Origin: an uncultured Woeseiaceae bacterium
GTDB lineage: Bacteria; Pseudomonadota; Gammaproteobacteria; Steroidobacterales; Woeseiaceae
DNA length: 64,000 nt
Direction: 5' to 3'
NCBI GenBank assembly: GCA_964565135.1
Contig: CAZMEA010000002.1
Span: 9,824 to 73,823 of the forward strand
In this document: positions 1 through 9,409 of the stretch, piece by piece
Layout of the letters: the number at the start of each line of letters is the position of its first letter
Position numbering within the stretch: position 1 is the stretch's first letter
Notes under the pieces: model-generated
What the model was told of the DNA's origin: nothing
The model's input: only the letters and a program-made list of their open reading frames with translations
The model's database searches: none
Translations under genes and position numbers: made by a program

Positions 1-1932
1 AACCGAGTAGCTCATTGCCACGTCATTCAGGTCTTCCGTGGCCGACTGGGCGCGTTGAATGGCCCGGTCCGTCGCGCCCAGCGGTGCGCCGGGGGCGAGC
101 CGCAGATCGAGGTTGAACTCGCCCTGTGCAAGCTGGGGTATCAGCTCGGTGCCGAGCCTGGGAATCAGTAGCATCGTACCCGCGAAAATAAGCATTGCCG
201 CTGCGACAACGACTCCGCGACGCCGCAGCGACCACGCGAGCAGTGGGTCGTACGCCGCCGCGGCTCGTGAGTGGAGCTTCTGCATCAGCCAGGCGGGTGG
301 GCGGAGCAGCCATGCGAATCCCCGCGAAACCCAGCGCGTGCACCAGCGAATTCCGCGGATGCAGCCGGCTACGATACGCGTGAACCGACCGGCGAGGACC
401 GGGTCGTGATCGTCTTCGCCAGCGTAGCGGGATCCCGTGCCGAGCGCAGCGAGCATGGGAATCAGGGTCAGCGCTACGAGCAGCGAGAAGACCAGCGCGA
501 AGGTCACTGTCAGCGCCTGATCGCGAAAGAGCTGCCCGGCAATGCCGCTGATGAAGACCATCGGGAAGAACACTGCGATGGTCGTCAGCGTTGCAGCAAC
601 AACAGCCGTGGCAACTTCGCTGGTGCCGTTTCGTGCGGCGTCGAGCGGTCCCTGGCCCTGCTCCTTCTTGCGGACGATGTTCTCAAGTACGACGATCGCG
701 TTGTCGACGAGCATGCCGACCGCCAGCGCGATACCGCCGAGCGACATGATATTCAGGGATACCTGGTTGGTGTACATCAGCAGGAACGTGCCGATGACGG
801 ACACCGGTATGGCCACCGCAATGATCGACGTCGCGCGTGAATCGCGGAGAAAACCGTAGAGCACCAGGACCGCAAGCAAACCGCCGAAGATTGCTGCAGA
901 CGATACCTGGTCGATGGATGCGCTGATAAAGTCGGACTGGTCGTAGATCTTTACCAGCTCGAGCTCCTCAGGCAGGGTCTCCCGCACGCTCTCGAGCCGT
1001 GCGTCAACGCGCCGGGCCACCTGCACGGTATTGGCGTCACCCTCCTTGTATACCGCGAGTTCCACCGATTCGGTGCCATTGACCCGGGTGATCGCTTCGC
1101 GCTCCTTGTAGCCTCGGGTCACCGTTGCTACGTCGCGCAGATAGACCGGTCTATCGGCAACCGTCGCGACGATTGCATTGGCAAACTCCTCGACACTCTG
1201 AAACTCGTTGATCGTGCGAACGAGGAAACGCTGGCTGCCTTCCTCGAGTCGGCCGCCGGAGAGATTGACGTTTTCCGCGCGTATGCGGGCCGCAATCTCT
1301 TCGATGCTGAGTCCGAGCTGGGACAGCCGCTGCTGATCCACCTGGATCTGCACTTCGTCTTCGAGGCCGCCACTGACCTTGACCGCGGCGGTTCCCTCTT
1401 CGGCTTCAAGGTCGTTCTTGATGCGATCTTCGGCGAGTCGGCGCAGGGACTTCAGTCCCGCCTCGAGCGCGGCTCCATCGAGTCTGTCGGCGCCAGACCT
1501 GCGCAGCAGGCCGATACGCATGACCGGCTCTGACGAGGGGTCGAAGCGCAATAGCAACGGGCGTGAGGCTTCGAGCGGCAGTTCGAGGACGTCGACCTTC
1601 TCCCGCGCATCAACGCCCGCGATGTCCATGTCGGTGCCCCACAGGAACTCGAGCGTGACATCCGACTGACCCGAGCGTGAAACCGAACGTACGAGGCGCA
1701 CGTTCCGCACAACCCCGATCGCTTCCTCGATCGGCTTCGTCAGCAGATTTTCGACCTCGACGGGCGCCGCTCCCGGCATCTCCGTGCGGATCGTCAAGGT
1801 CGGGTAGGAGAGCTCAGGTAGCAGGTTGACGCTCAGCCGAGACAGGGATACGAGGCCGAACAACATGATCGCGACCGTGAACATGACGATCGTGACTCGG
1901 CGTTCGGTGGAGATTTCGATCAGGCGACGCAT
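1..1932 (-). CDS. RND (AcrB-type) efflux permease, N-terminal 644 codons; the rest lies beyond the left window edge
   Basis: Absent from the ORF track because there is no stop in the window. Own translation from the ATG at 1932-1930 gives MRRLIEISTERRVTIVMFTVAIMLFGLVSLSRLSVNLLPELSYPTLTIRTEMPGAAPVEVENLLTKPIEEAIG..., a typical RND N-terminus. The frame is still open at bases 1-120 (...EFNLDLRLAPGAPLGATDRAIQRAQSATEDLNDVAMSYSV). It lies directly downstream of two adaptor genes on the same strand. Confidence 0.85.
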   Translation of the reverse strand, partial: MRRLIEISTERRVTIVMFTVAIMLFGLVSLSRLSVNLLPELSYPTLTIRTEMPGAAPVEVENLLTKPIEEAIGVVRNVRLVRSVSRSGQSDVTLEFLWGTDMDIAGVDAREKVDVLELPLEASRPLLLRFDPSSEPVMRIGLLRRSGADRLDGAALEAGLKSLRRLAEDRIKNDLEAEEGTAAVKVSGGLEDEVQIQVDQQRLSQLGLSIEEIAARIRAENVNLSGGRLEEGSQRFLVRTINEFQSVEEFANAIVATVADRPVYLRDVATVTRGYKEREAITRVNGTESVELAVYKEGDANTVQVARRVDARLESVRETLPEELELVKIYDQSDFISASIDQVSSAAIFGGLLAVLVLYGFLRDSRATSIIAVAIPVSVIGTFLLMYTNQVSLNIMSLGGIALAVGMLVDNAIVVLENIVRKKEQGQGPLDAARNGTSEVATAVVAATLTTIAVFFPMVFISGIAGQLFRDQALTVTFALVFSLLVALTLIPMLAALGTGSRYAGEDDHDPVLAGRFTRIVAGCIRGIRWCTRWVSRGFAWLLRPPAWLMQKLHSRAAAAYDPLLAWSLRRRGVVVAAAMLIFAGTMLLIPRLGTELIPQLAQGEFNLDLRLAPGAPLGATDRAIQRAQSATEDLNDVAMSYSV

Positions 1933-1952
1933 TTACAGGATCCTCCGGCCGG

Positions 1953-3053
1953 TCACAGTCGGTCTGCGTTGCTGGCTGTCTGGACGTTCATCGACGTGCT
2001 TTCGATGACAGCCACCTCGGTACCGTCTTTCAGGCTTGCCTGGCCGACAACAACAACCTGTTCGCCGTCGGTCAGACCGTTCAGGATTTCTACCCAGGCG
2101 CCGTCGACATAGCCCGTCTCGACGCTGCGTCGCTCCGCAGCCCGGTCCGTCACGACGTATACAAACGGCGTACCGTCAGATTCCACGATCGCGTTTCGTG
2201 GTATCTGCAATGCGTCTGCCCGCCGGTCCGAAACGATGCTGATTCGGCCGAACATGCCGGGCTTGAGACGACGGCTGGCGTCGGAGACTTCGATGGTGAC
2301 CTTGAACGTGCCGGTTGCCGGATCCACCACCGGGCTGGTTCGCGCGACAACGCCCGGGAAACTCAGGCCCGGAAGGGCGTCGACATTGATGTCCGCAGCG
2401 AGGCCCGTGCGCAGACGTCGATACTCGCGCTCGGGAACGTAGAGATAAGAAACGAGCGGCTCCAGGCTGGTCACATGAAACGCGGGGGTATTAACGTCGA
2501 TCGTGTTGCCTGTTTTGATGAGCCGCTCGGAAATCACGCCATCAATCGGTGCCCGGATTTCGGTGTAGCTGAGTTCGAGCTCGGCCAGGTCGTGAGCAGC
2601 TTCCAGGGCCTGCATGTCGAACTGAATTTTCTCGAAGTCGCCATCGCTGATCAGGCTGCGATCCTTGAGTTCGATGTTGCGAGCGAAGTCCTGTCGCAGC
2701 TTGTCGAGCCTTGCGCGGGTCTCTGCGAGGCTCAGTCGCAAGCGGTCTCCATCCAGCCGCGCAAGTAGCTGTCCGGCTATGACGTCGTCGCCTTCCTCTA
2801 CCAGGATCTCGATGACCTCACCGCCAACCTTCGCAATGACAGCGGCGTCCTGAAACGCCTCTATGGGCGCCGTGCCCGCGTACGTCGCGAGAATGTCGCC
2901 GCGCAGAGGCGTTGCCACTTCTACGGGAATGGCGACTGAATCGGCGTTGTCATCCGCGTTGTCGGTCTCGTTATTGCCACAGGCTGAGATTGCCAGTGAC
3001 ATTGCCGCAGCAAGCCCCGTGAGCCAGCGCAGCCGGAAATCATGCCCCCGCAT
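1953..3053 (-). CDS. RND efflux periplasmic adaptor (membrane fusion protein), second of two tandem adaptors
   Basis: HlyD/MFP-like sequence (lipoyl/barrel-sandwich region GGEVIEILVEEGDDVIAGQLLARLD, coiled-coil hairpin, beta-barrel). I moved the start to the internal ATG at 3053, giving MRGHDFRLRWLTGLAAAMSLAISAC with a lipobox. It ends 21 nt before the RND start. Confidence 0.85.
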   Translation of the reverse strand: MRGHDFRLRWLTGLAAAMSLAISACGNNETDNADDNADSVAIPVEVATPLRGDILATYAGTAPIEAFQDAAVIAKVGGEVIEILVEEGDDVIAGQLLARLDGDRLRLSLAETRARLDKLRQDFARNIELKDRSLISDGDFEKIQFDMQALEAAHDLAELELSYTEIRAPIDGVISERLIKTGNTIDVNTPAFHVTSLEPLVSYLYVPEREYRRLRTGLAADINVDALPGLSFPGVVARTSPVVDPATGTFKVTIEVSDASRRLKPGMFGRISIVSDRRADALQIPRNAIVESDGTPFVYVVTDRAAERRSVETGYVDGAWVEILNGLTDGEQVVVVGQASLKDGTEVAVIESTSMNVQTASNADRL

Positions 3054-3093
3054 GTCGATCTCCCCGCTAGTGAATTGATGTTTCCGCGGTGTT

Positions 3094-4179
3094 CTATCCG
3101 CGTGCCGGTTTGGTGGCAGGCTCTGCTCTGGCGAGAACCCGGCTGCCATTGCGCAGGCGGGACTGTCCGCGCAACACGATCGTGTCGCCGGTGCTCAGAC
3201 CACCGAGAATTTCGATGTAGTCACCTGAACGAATGCCTGTGTCCACCGTACGGCGAACCGCCGCACCGTCCTCGACGACGTACACCACCGTCGCGTCATC
3301 CTCGACAACCGTTGCCGAGGCCGGCACGACCAGCGCATCTGCATGGGTTTCGTACGCGATCTGAAAGCGCGCGAACATGCCGGGCGCGAGCTTCCTGTCC
3401 CCATTGTCGATGAGCATCGTCGCGCGGAACGTGCCCGTGGTCGGATTGATCGTGGGACTGATACGCGTAACCGTCGCGTCGAAACTCATGCCCGGGTCGG
3501 AGTCGACGCTCAGCTGCGCGACGTGCCCCCGCCTGAACTTGACCAGTTCGGTTTGCGGAATATCCAGATACGCGAGCAGCTCGCGGTCGTTGGTAACGAC
3601 AAACGCGGTGTCGCCTTCGGCCAGGCTGCTGCCCAACTTCACCTGCCGCGAGGAGACCACGCCGTCGATCGTCGAACGAATTTCAGTGTGTTCCCAATTC
3701 AGACGAGCCAGCTCGTAGGCGGCCTTGCTCGCGCGCGCATCGTAGACCAGCGATTCATACTGGGCGCTACTGACCAGCCCGCGATCGTGCAGATTTGCAA
3801 GCCGTTCGACTTCACGCGTACTCCGTTCAAACTCGGCCCGCAGTTGGAGCATCGTCAGCCTGAGGCGCTCGCCGTCGAGCCGGGCCAGGACATCACCCTT
3901 CGATACGGCGTCGCCTTCCTCGACCAGTATCTCGACCACATCCCCGGCGGTGCGGGCCGTGACAGGCGCCTCGGCGTCGGTTGTCAGCGTGCCGGTCGTC
4001 TCGTATCGGGCCGCGATGTCTGCGATCTCGGGGTATCCCACCGCGACAGGCAGCGGCGTCGCCTCGATCTCCGCAACGGCTTCTCCGGCGTTGCCGTCGT
4101 TGCAGCCCGAAAGTGCGAGCGTGAGTAATCCCGCGAGGGTCGCTGCCCCCAGTGCCTGTTTGTTCATCGTGTCACCCAT
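3094..4179 (-). CDS. RND efflux periplasmic adaptor (membrane fusion protein), first of two tandem adaptors
   Basis: MGDTMNKQALGAATLAGLLTLALSGC has a lipoprotein signal. MFP motifs present (AGDVVEILVEEGDAVSKGDVLARLD). The start may be the second ATG at 4167. Confidence 0.85.
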   Translation of the reverse strand: MGDTMNKQALGAATLAGLLTLALSGCNDGNAGEAVAEIEATPLPVAVGYPEIADIAARYETTGTLTTDAEAPVTARTAGDVVEILVEEGDAVSKGDVLARLDGERLRLTMLQLRAEFERSTREVERLANLHDRGLVSSAQYESLVYDARASKAAYELARLNWEHTEIRSTIDGVVSSRQVKLGSSLAEGDTAFVVTNDRELLAYLDIPQTELVKFRRGHVAQLSVDSDPGMSFDATVTRISPTINPTTGTFRATMLIDNGDRKLAPGMFARFQIAYETHADALVVPASATVVEDDATVVYVVEDGAAVRRTVDTGIRSGDYIEILGGLSTGDTIVLRGQSRLRNGSRVLARAEPATKPARG

Positions 4180-4200
4180 GGCAGCCGAGTCGCTGCCAGG

Positions 4201-4262
4201 TTAGTTAGTGTTATAGTCTAGTATATCACTAGTTGAGTATAACGCAACAACCGAATCGAATA
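4201..4262 (-). promoter_or_regulatory. AT-rich promoter/operator region of the two-adaptor RND operon
   Basis: This is the only AT-rich block between the two RND operons. On the minus strand there are two TATACT -10-like hexamers. An inverted repeat CTAGT-N5-ACTAG sits at 4218-4232. Confidence 0.3.
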
Positions 4263-4323
4263 AGCCTTCGTATCTCAGATGCAGCAGGGTGAGGAATTGG
4301 ATGCACAACGCGTCGCGCAGGCG

Positions 4324-4356
4324 AAAAAAAACCGGATCCGCGACTCGCGGATCCGG
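4324..4356 (-). terminator. Rho-independent terminator of the PadR-adaptor-RND operon
   Basis: Perfect 12-bp palindrome CCGGATCCGCGA/TCGCGGATCCGG at 4332-4356. On the plus strand it is preceded by A8, which is a U-tract after the stem on the minus strand. It lies 30 nt past the RND stop. Confidence 0.8.
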
Positions 4357-4385
4357 CTTCATGCACGGGGTTGGCTGGTCTTGGT

Positions 4386-7300
4386 CTAGCCGGGTGCGAC
4401 CTCGCCTGGCGCGGAGTGCCGGCGGGTCCTGCGTTCCGCCAGGTAGGCGGACACGTTGGCCTGGACCATAAGCAGGCTGGGCGTCAAAAGGAGCGTCAGA
4501 ATCGTGGCGAACGCAAGGCCGCCCGCGACCGACGAAGAGAGCTGCGTCCACCATTGGGAACTGGGTGCGCCGATCGACACTTCGCGTGCGATGAGGTCGA
4601 TATTCACGCCAAGGACCATCGGCAGCAGACCGAGAATTGTCGTGACCGTGGTCAGCAAGACAGGCCGCAGGCGCACCGCGCAGGTGCGGAGGATAGCGTT
4701 GAACGCATCTTCACCTCGGCTGCGCAGTACGTTGTAGGTATCGATGAACACGATGTTGTTGTTGACGACGATACCGGCCAGTGTGATCACACCGATGCCA
4801 CTCATGATGACGCCGAAGGGCTTGTCCATGATCATGTGGCCCAGGAACACGCCGCCGGTCGAGAACACAACCGCCGTCAGGATGAGTGCTGCCTGGAATA
4901 TGCTGTTGAACTGGGTGACGAGAATGATCGCCATGACAGCAAGGGCGATGAGCATCGCTTTGACGAGGAAGGCAAGTCCTTCGGCCTGATCTTCGCTGCC
5001 CCCGCGAAACGACACTTCCACCTGCGGATCGATCCCGAGCGTCGGAAGCAATTCGATCATCTCAGCAACGATCTGTGAATCCAGGTAGCCTGCGTCGACG
5101 TCCGCTTCAACCTTCATTGTGCGCCGCATGTCCGTGCGCTGAATCGTGCTGACTTTCTGCGCCGGCACGCGCTCGACGAAGTTGCTGATCGGAACGAGGC
5201 CGCTGGATGTGGGAATGCGCAGCTCGTCGATCTGCGCGAGGCTGCGATCGTCGTACGGGTAGCGTACGCGGATATCGATCTCGTCATCGGCGTCGTCAGG
5301 TCGATACTCGCCGACTTTGATGCCATTGGTGACCAGCTGAATCATGTTGCCGACCAACGTGATATCGGCACCGAAGCGCGCCGCTTCCGCGCGATCGACG
5401 TCAATCTGCCACTCGATCCCGGGCAGCGGTCGCGTATCCTCGACGTTGATTACGCCGTCGATGCTCGCCAGCGCATTGCGTACCGTGGCGACTGTTTCCT
5501 CGAGTAGCGCGGGGAAACGGGACGACAGTTCGATCGAAATCGGCTTGCCCTGCTGAGGTCCGTTCTGTGGTTTGCGAGCTTCGACGTTAATACCCGCCAG
5601 ACCGGATACCGAGTCACGAATCTCCTGCAGGATCTCGCTGGAGGGGCGACGCTCATCCCAGTCGACGAAGTTCAGCGAGATGGAGCCAATCTGATCCTCC
5701 GCGGCACCCTGTCCGGATGCGCCTGTCTTTGCGTAGACGCTCTCCATTTCATCGCTGCCCAGAATGAAGGCCTCAACCTGTCGAACGAGCAAATCCTTCT
5801 CGTCGGTCGACAGGTCGCCGCGGGCGCGAATGTCAACGCTGGCAAACTCCGGTTCGACATCCGGGAACATCTCGACGCCGCGCCCGAAGGTGCCGAACGC
5901 TGTATAGATGACGATCAGAATCGCCGTAACCGCGAGTACGTTCATCATCGGACGTTTGAGTGCCGTCCGCAGAAACCGCACATAGCTGCCGGTGATGCCG
6001 GTAACCGTGCTCAGGTCGCCTCGTTCGGCCGCCGTCAGGTTGTGAATCGTCTGCTCGCTGAGCGCGCCGGTCTTGCCGAAAATGGAGCCCAAGGTCGGTA
6101 CGAATACCAGCGCCATCAACAATGACGCCGAGAGCACGGCGATCAGGGTGATTGGCAAGAACTTCATGAACTCGCCGGGAATGCCAGGCCAGAATGCGAG
6201 CGGTACGAACGCAGCAAGTGTCGTGCAGGTAGACGCGATGATCGGCCAGGCCATGCGACGTGCTGCAGCGGAATAGGCTTTCCGTCTCGAGTCGCCCTCG
6301 GCCATGCGCCGATCGGCAAGTTCGGTCACGACAATCGCGCCGTCGACGAGCAGGCCGACGGCCATGATCAGGCCATACAACACCATCATGTTGATGCTGA
6401 CGCCGGTTGCGACCAGCGCAAGTATGCCAAGCAGGAAGCTTCCCGGAACCGCGATGCCAACGAGTGCTGCGGAACGGAAGCCCAGGATGCCGATGATCAC
6501 AATGAACACGAGCAGGACGGCAGCGATGACGCTGTTCTGCAAATCCGTTAGCATCGTATTCACATCGTTCGATTTGTCGCGGGACGCGACAACTTCGATG
6601 TTCTCGGGCCAGTAACGCTGTTCCTCGGCGAGCAGCGCCTTGACCTCATCGATCGTGCCGATCACGTTGGCGCCGTTTCGCTGCACGACCTCGATGGCCA
6701 GCGCCCGCTGGCCGTTGAGGCGGGCGTAGGATTCCGCGTCCTTGTAGGTGCGACGTACCTCTGCCACATCGCGAAAATGCACGACCCGGTCGCCCGAGGT
6801 CTTGATCGGCATGCCCAGAATGTCCTCGGCAGTCTCGAATACGCCGGGTACCTTGACAGGGAAGCGTCCTTCACTGGTTTGCAGGGCACCCGCCGCAACC
6901 AGTCGATTGTTTCGATCGACGAGGCTCAGAATCTGGACCTGGTCGAGTCCGTAGCTTTCCATGGCGCGCGGATCGACGATGACCTCCATCAGTTCTTCAC
7001 GAACACCGACGAGGTTCACTTCCAGGACGCCGTTGATAGCTTCGATCTTTTCCTTGAGGTCGCGCGCGATTCGCGCCAGCGTGCGCTCGGGCACCGCACC
7101 CGCCAGGTTCAGCACGAGCATCGGGTCGAAACGCGAGAACTTGACCTCGGAGACCGTGGGTTCCTCGGTTTCGGCCGGGAGCTTCGCCTTGGCAATGTCG
7201 ACCTTGGCTCGCACGTCCTGCAACGCCGCCTCGGTGTCCGTGCCGGCATCGAATTCCAGCTGCACGTTGGCGCCGCCCTCGTAGGCGCTGGCGGTCATCT

Positions 7301-7535
7301 CGTCGATGCCTTCAATGCTGCGGACTTCCTGCTCGACAGGGCGGACCAGCAGTCGCTCGGCATCTTCGGGTGAGATGCCGTCGTGGGTCATGCTGATATA
7401 GATGATCGGAATCTCGATGTCCGGTTCAGCTTCCTTCGGCGCGCCAACGTAGGTGAGGATGCCCGCGACCAGGATCACTCCCAGCGACATCATCACCGTT
7501 CGCGACCGGGCGATCGCCGAGTCGATGACTTTCAT
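4386..7535 (-). CDS. RND efflux permease (AcrB/AcrD/AcrF family), 1049 aa
   Basis: Full-length size and architecture of an RND permease. The N-terminus MKVIDSAIARSRTVMMSLGVILVAGILTY is followed by a large periplasmic loop. ATGA overlap with the adaptor gene upstream. Confidence 0.95.
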   Translation of the reverse strand: MKVIDSAIARSRTVMMSLGVILVAGILTYVGAPKEAEPDIEIPIIYISMTHDGISPEDAERLLVRPVEQEVRSIEGIDEMTASAYEGGANVQLEFDAGTDTEAALQDVRAKVDIAKAKLPAETEEPTVSEVKFSRFDPMLVLNLAGAVPERTLARIARDLKEKIEAINGVLEVNLVGVREELMEVIVDPRAMESYGLDQVQILSLVDRNNRLVAAGALQTSEGRFPVKVPGVFETAEDILGMPIKTSGDRVVHFRDVAEVRRTYKDAESYARLNGQRALAIEVVQRNGANVIGTIDEVKALLAEEQRYWPENIEVVASRDKSNDVNTMLTDLQNSVIAAVLLVFIVIIGILGFRSAALVGIAVPGSFLLGILALVATGVSINMMVLYGLIMAVGLLVDGAIVVTELADRRMAEGDSRRKAYSAAARRMAWPIIASTCTTLAAFVPLAFWPGIPGEFMKFLPITLIAVLSASLLMALVFVPTLGSIFGKTGALSEQTIHNLTAAERGDLSTVTGITGSYVRFLRTALKRPMMNVLAVTAILIVIYTAFGTFGRGVEMFPDVEPEFASVDIRARGDLSTDEKDLLVRQVEAFILGSDEMESVYAKTGASGQGAAEDQIGSISLNFVDWDERRPSSEILQEIRDSVSGLAGINVEARKPQNGPQQGKPISIELSSRFPALLEETVATVRNALASIDGVINVEDTRPLPGIEWQIDVDRAEAARFGADITLVGNMIQLVTNGIKVGEYRPDDADDEIDIRVRYPYDDRSLAQIDELRIPTSSGLVPISNFVERVPAQKVSTIQRTDMRRTMKVEADVDAGYLDSQIVAEMIELLPTLGIDPQVEVSFRGGSEDQAEGLAFLVKAMLIALAVMAIILVTQFNSIFQAALILTAVVFSTGGVFLGHMIMDKPFGVIMSGIGVITLAGIVVNNNIVFIDTYNVLRSRGEDAFNAILRTCAVRLRPVLLTTVTTILGLLPMVLGVNIDLIAREVSIGAPSSQWWTQLSSSVAGGLAFATILTLLLTPSLLMVQANVSAYLAERRTRRHSAPGEVAPG

Positions 7536-8668
7536 CGTTCGCTCCGCTCTTCGGACTTGATCGCGACGGCACGGTCAACCTCGCTTTCCGGGACGCCTCT
7601 CGCGTAACTGCCTTCGCTGACGAAGCCCTGACCGACGGTGATGATGTTCGCGGCGGCCGGCAGGCCGGCAACGTAGACGCCTTCATTGGTGGCCAGTGCA
7701 ATGTCGGCCTCATAGAACTCGACGACGCCCTCGTCGTTGATGATCTTCACGCCGACATTGCCCTGGTCGTCCAGGGTCAGCAGCGACGGTGAAATCTTGT
7801 GTGCGAATATGCGTTCGCCGGGGATCAATAGCTCAGCCGTCATGCCGGCACGCAGAGCGCCGTCCGAGTTGTCGACGACCAGTTCCACGGTGAATGTGCG
7901 CGTGGCCGTGTCCGCGACCGGTGCAACGTAGCGAATGATGCCTTCCACCAGTTCGCCGGTCGCGAGCCTGGCTTCGGCCTCCTCACCGCGCTCGACAAAC
8001 TTGGCGTCGAATTCGGACACGGAGGCGGTCACGATGATCGCCCGATCGTCGACGTAAGTTGCAATCGGGTCACCCTGTTTGACGAAGTCGCCGACTTCGA
8101 CATGTCGTTCCTGCAGCGCACCGTCAAACGGTGCCCGAACGTACATGTAGTCGATGTCGAGCTCTGCTCGACGAAGCTCCGCTTTCGCGGCTTCGAGCAA
8201 CGCGGCCGCTTCCTGCAGTTGAGCCTCCGATACGTAGCTCTCCGACTTCAGCCGTTCCCGTGCTGCGAACTCGACCTCACGCTGCTTGACCGTGGCTTTT
8301 GCCTGCGCAAGCCGAGCCTCGCGATCGCGCTCGTCGAGGCGCACGATGATGCCGCCTTCGCTCACACGCTCGCCGCGCTCGATGCCGGTATCGACGACCC
8401 TGCCGTCGGTCTCGGCATTGATTTCGACGATACGTGCAGGCGCCGTACTGCCATTCACGGAGATTGTGCGGACGACTTCTTCCGCTACCTGATTGCGGAT
8501 TCGCACCGCGAAGCGCTCGCCGTTATCCGGTGCCACTGTCGGTGACGACTCCGTCGCAGTGCTGGCCGGTTTCTCGGCCGACCCGGTCGCGAGCCACAGC
8601 ACGATTGCGATAACGATACCGCCGGAGACAATCCAGGATCGGTGCTGACTCAAACTTTCGAGATTCAT
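7532..8668 (-). CDS. RND efflux periplasmic adaptor (membrane fusion protein)
   Basis: N-terminal TM segment, coiled-coil segment (EARLAQAKATVKQREVEFAARERLK...AALLEAAKAELRRAELD), barrel domains. 4-nt overlap with the RND permease gene. Confidence 0.9.
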   Translation of the reverse strand: MNLESLSQHRSWIVSGGIVIAIVLWLATGSAEKPASTATESSPTVAPDNGERFAVRIRNQVAEEVVRTISVNGSTAPARIVEINAETDGRVVDTGIERGERVSEGGIIVRLDERDREARLAQAKATVKQREVEFAARERLKSESYVSEAQLQEAAALLEAAKAELRRAELDIDYMYVRAPFDGALQERHVEVGDFVKQGDPIATYVDDRAIIVTASVSEFDAKFVERGEEAEARLATGELVEGIIRYVAPVADTATRTFTVELVVDNSDGALRAGMTAELLIPGERIFAHKISPSLLTLDDQGNVGVKIINDEGVVEFYEADIALATNEGVYVAGLPAAANIITVGQGFVSEGSYARGVPESEVDRAVAIKSEERSER

Positions 8669-8696
8669 GTCTGTTTACCTGTGTACTGATACCGCG

Positions 8697-9245
8697 TTAT
8701 CCGTGCGCGGACTTCAACGTCTGGTCTTCCTCATCGGCGAGCAGGTGTCGATGAGATTCAATGTAATCTTTGGCCGCTTTCGCCGTCGCCAGTCCGAAAC
8801 CGGCCACGAATCGCGCGCCGGCCGGCCAGCACGAGGCTGCATCTTTATTCACTCCGGCCATGAGCTCGATGAAGGCGTCGATTTCCTCAAGCCGGTTATC
8901 GAGGACCGCATTCGTCTGTTCGTCCGACATCAAATGTGCAAAGAACAGCGTCGCAAGGAATTCCGAGCGCAGCTTGTGCGTCGGCTTGGCATTGTCGAGC
9001 GCGTGCATCAACTCGTTCTCGCCTTCCGGCGTGATGCTGTAGACCTTGCGATCGGGCCTTCCTTCCTGAGGAATCTCCTCGCACAGGACCAGGCCTTGCT
9101 CTGCCAGCGTATTGAGCGCCGGATAAATCGAACCGAAGCCTGCCGCGAAAAAGTGGCCGAACGTCGATTCGAAGAATTTTTTCAGGTCGTAGCCGCTGGC
9201 AGGCCCATGCGTGAGCAGGCCCAGGCAAACCGTTTTGACATCCAT
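8697..9245 (-). CDS. PadR-family transcriptional regulator
   Basis: N-terminal winged helix typical of PadR (LGLLTHGPASGYDLKKFFESTFGHFFAAGFGSIYPALNTLAEQGLV). First gene of the adaptor-RND operon. Confidence 0.85.
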   Translation of the reverse strand: MDVKTVCLGLLTHGPASGYDLKKFFESTFGHFFAAGFGSIYPALNTLAEQGLVLCEEIPQEGRPDRKVYSITPEGENELMHALDNAKPTHKLRSEFLATLFFAHLMSDEQTNAVLDNRLEEIDAFIELMAGVNKDAASCWPAGARFVAGFGLATAKAAKDYIESHRHLLADEEDQTLKSAHG

Positions 9246-9261
9246 TAGGGGTATCCGCCGG

Positions 9262-9320
9262 CGGAACGCCGATCATATATCGGGGCGATGCATACTATCA
9301 GGCCGATATATAAAGTAAAG
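9262..9320 (-). promoter_or_regulatory. Candidate sigma-70 promoter plus operator of the padR operon
   Basis: On the minus strand: TTTACT-N16-TAGTAT. Palindrome CCGAT-N5-ATCGG at 9269-9283 just downstream of the -10, and a half-site copy CCGATATAT at 9303-9311 within the spacer. Confidence 0.35.
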
Positions 9321-9343
9321 GACGAATTCGTTATGACGCTGGA

Positions 9344-9372
9344 AAGCAAAAGGCCATGTAAAACATGGCCTT
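9344..9372 (-). terminator. Intrinsic terminator after the FAD oxidase gene
   Basis: Perfect 10-bp stem AAGGCCATGT/ACATGGCCTT at 9350-9372. On the minus strand it is followed by UUGCUUUCC. Confidence 0.5.
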
Positions 9373-9409
9373 GCAATCGTTTGCGTAAACTGTCCTGGTG
9401 GCGCGGTCG

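Noticed and set aside
4332-4356. Possible REP-like repeat family, because this hairpin and the one at 32456..32471 both contain CCGGATCC
   Set aside because: There are only two copies, with different lengths and flanks. Each is explained locally, one as a terminator stem and the other as part of the structured tail.
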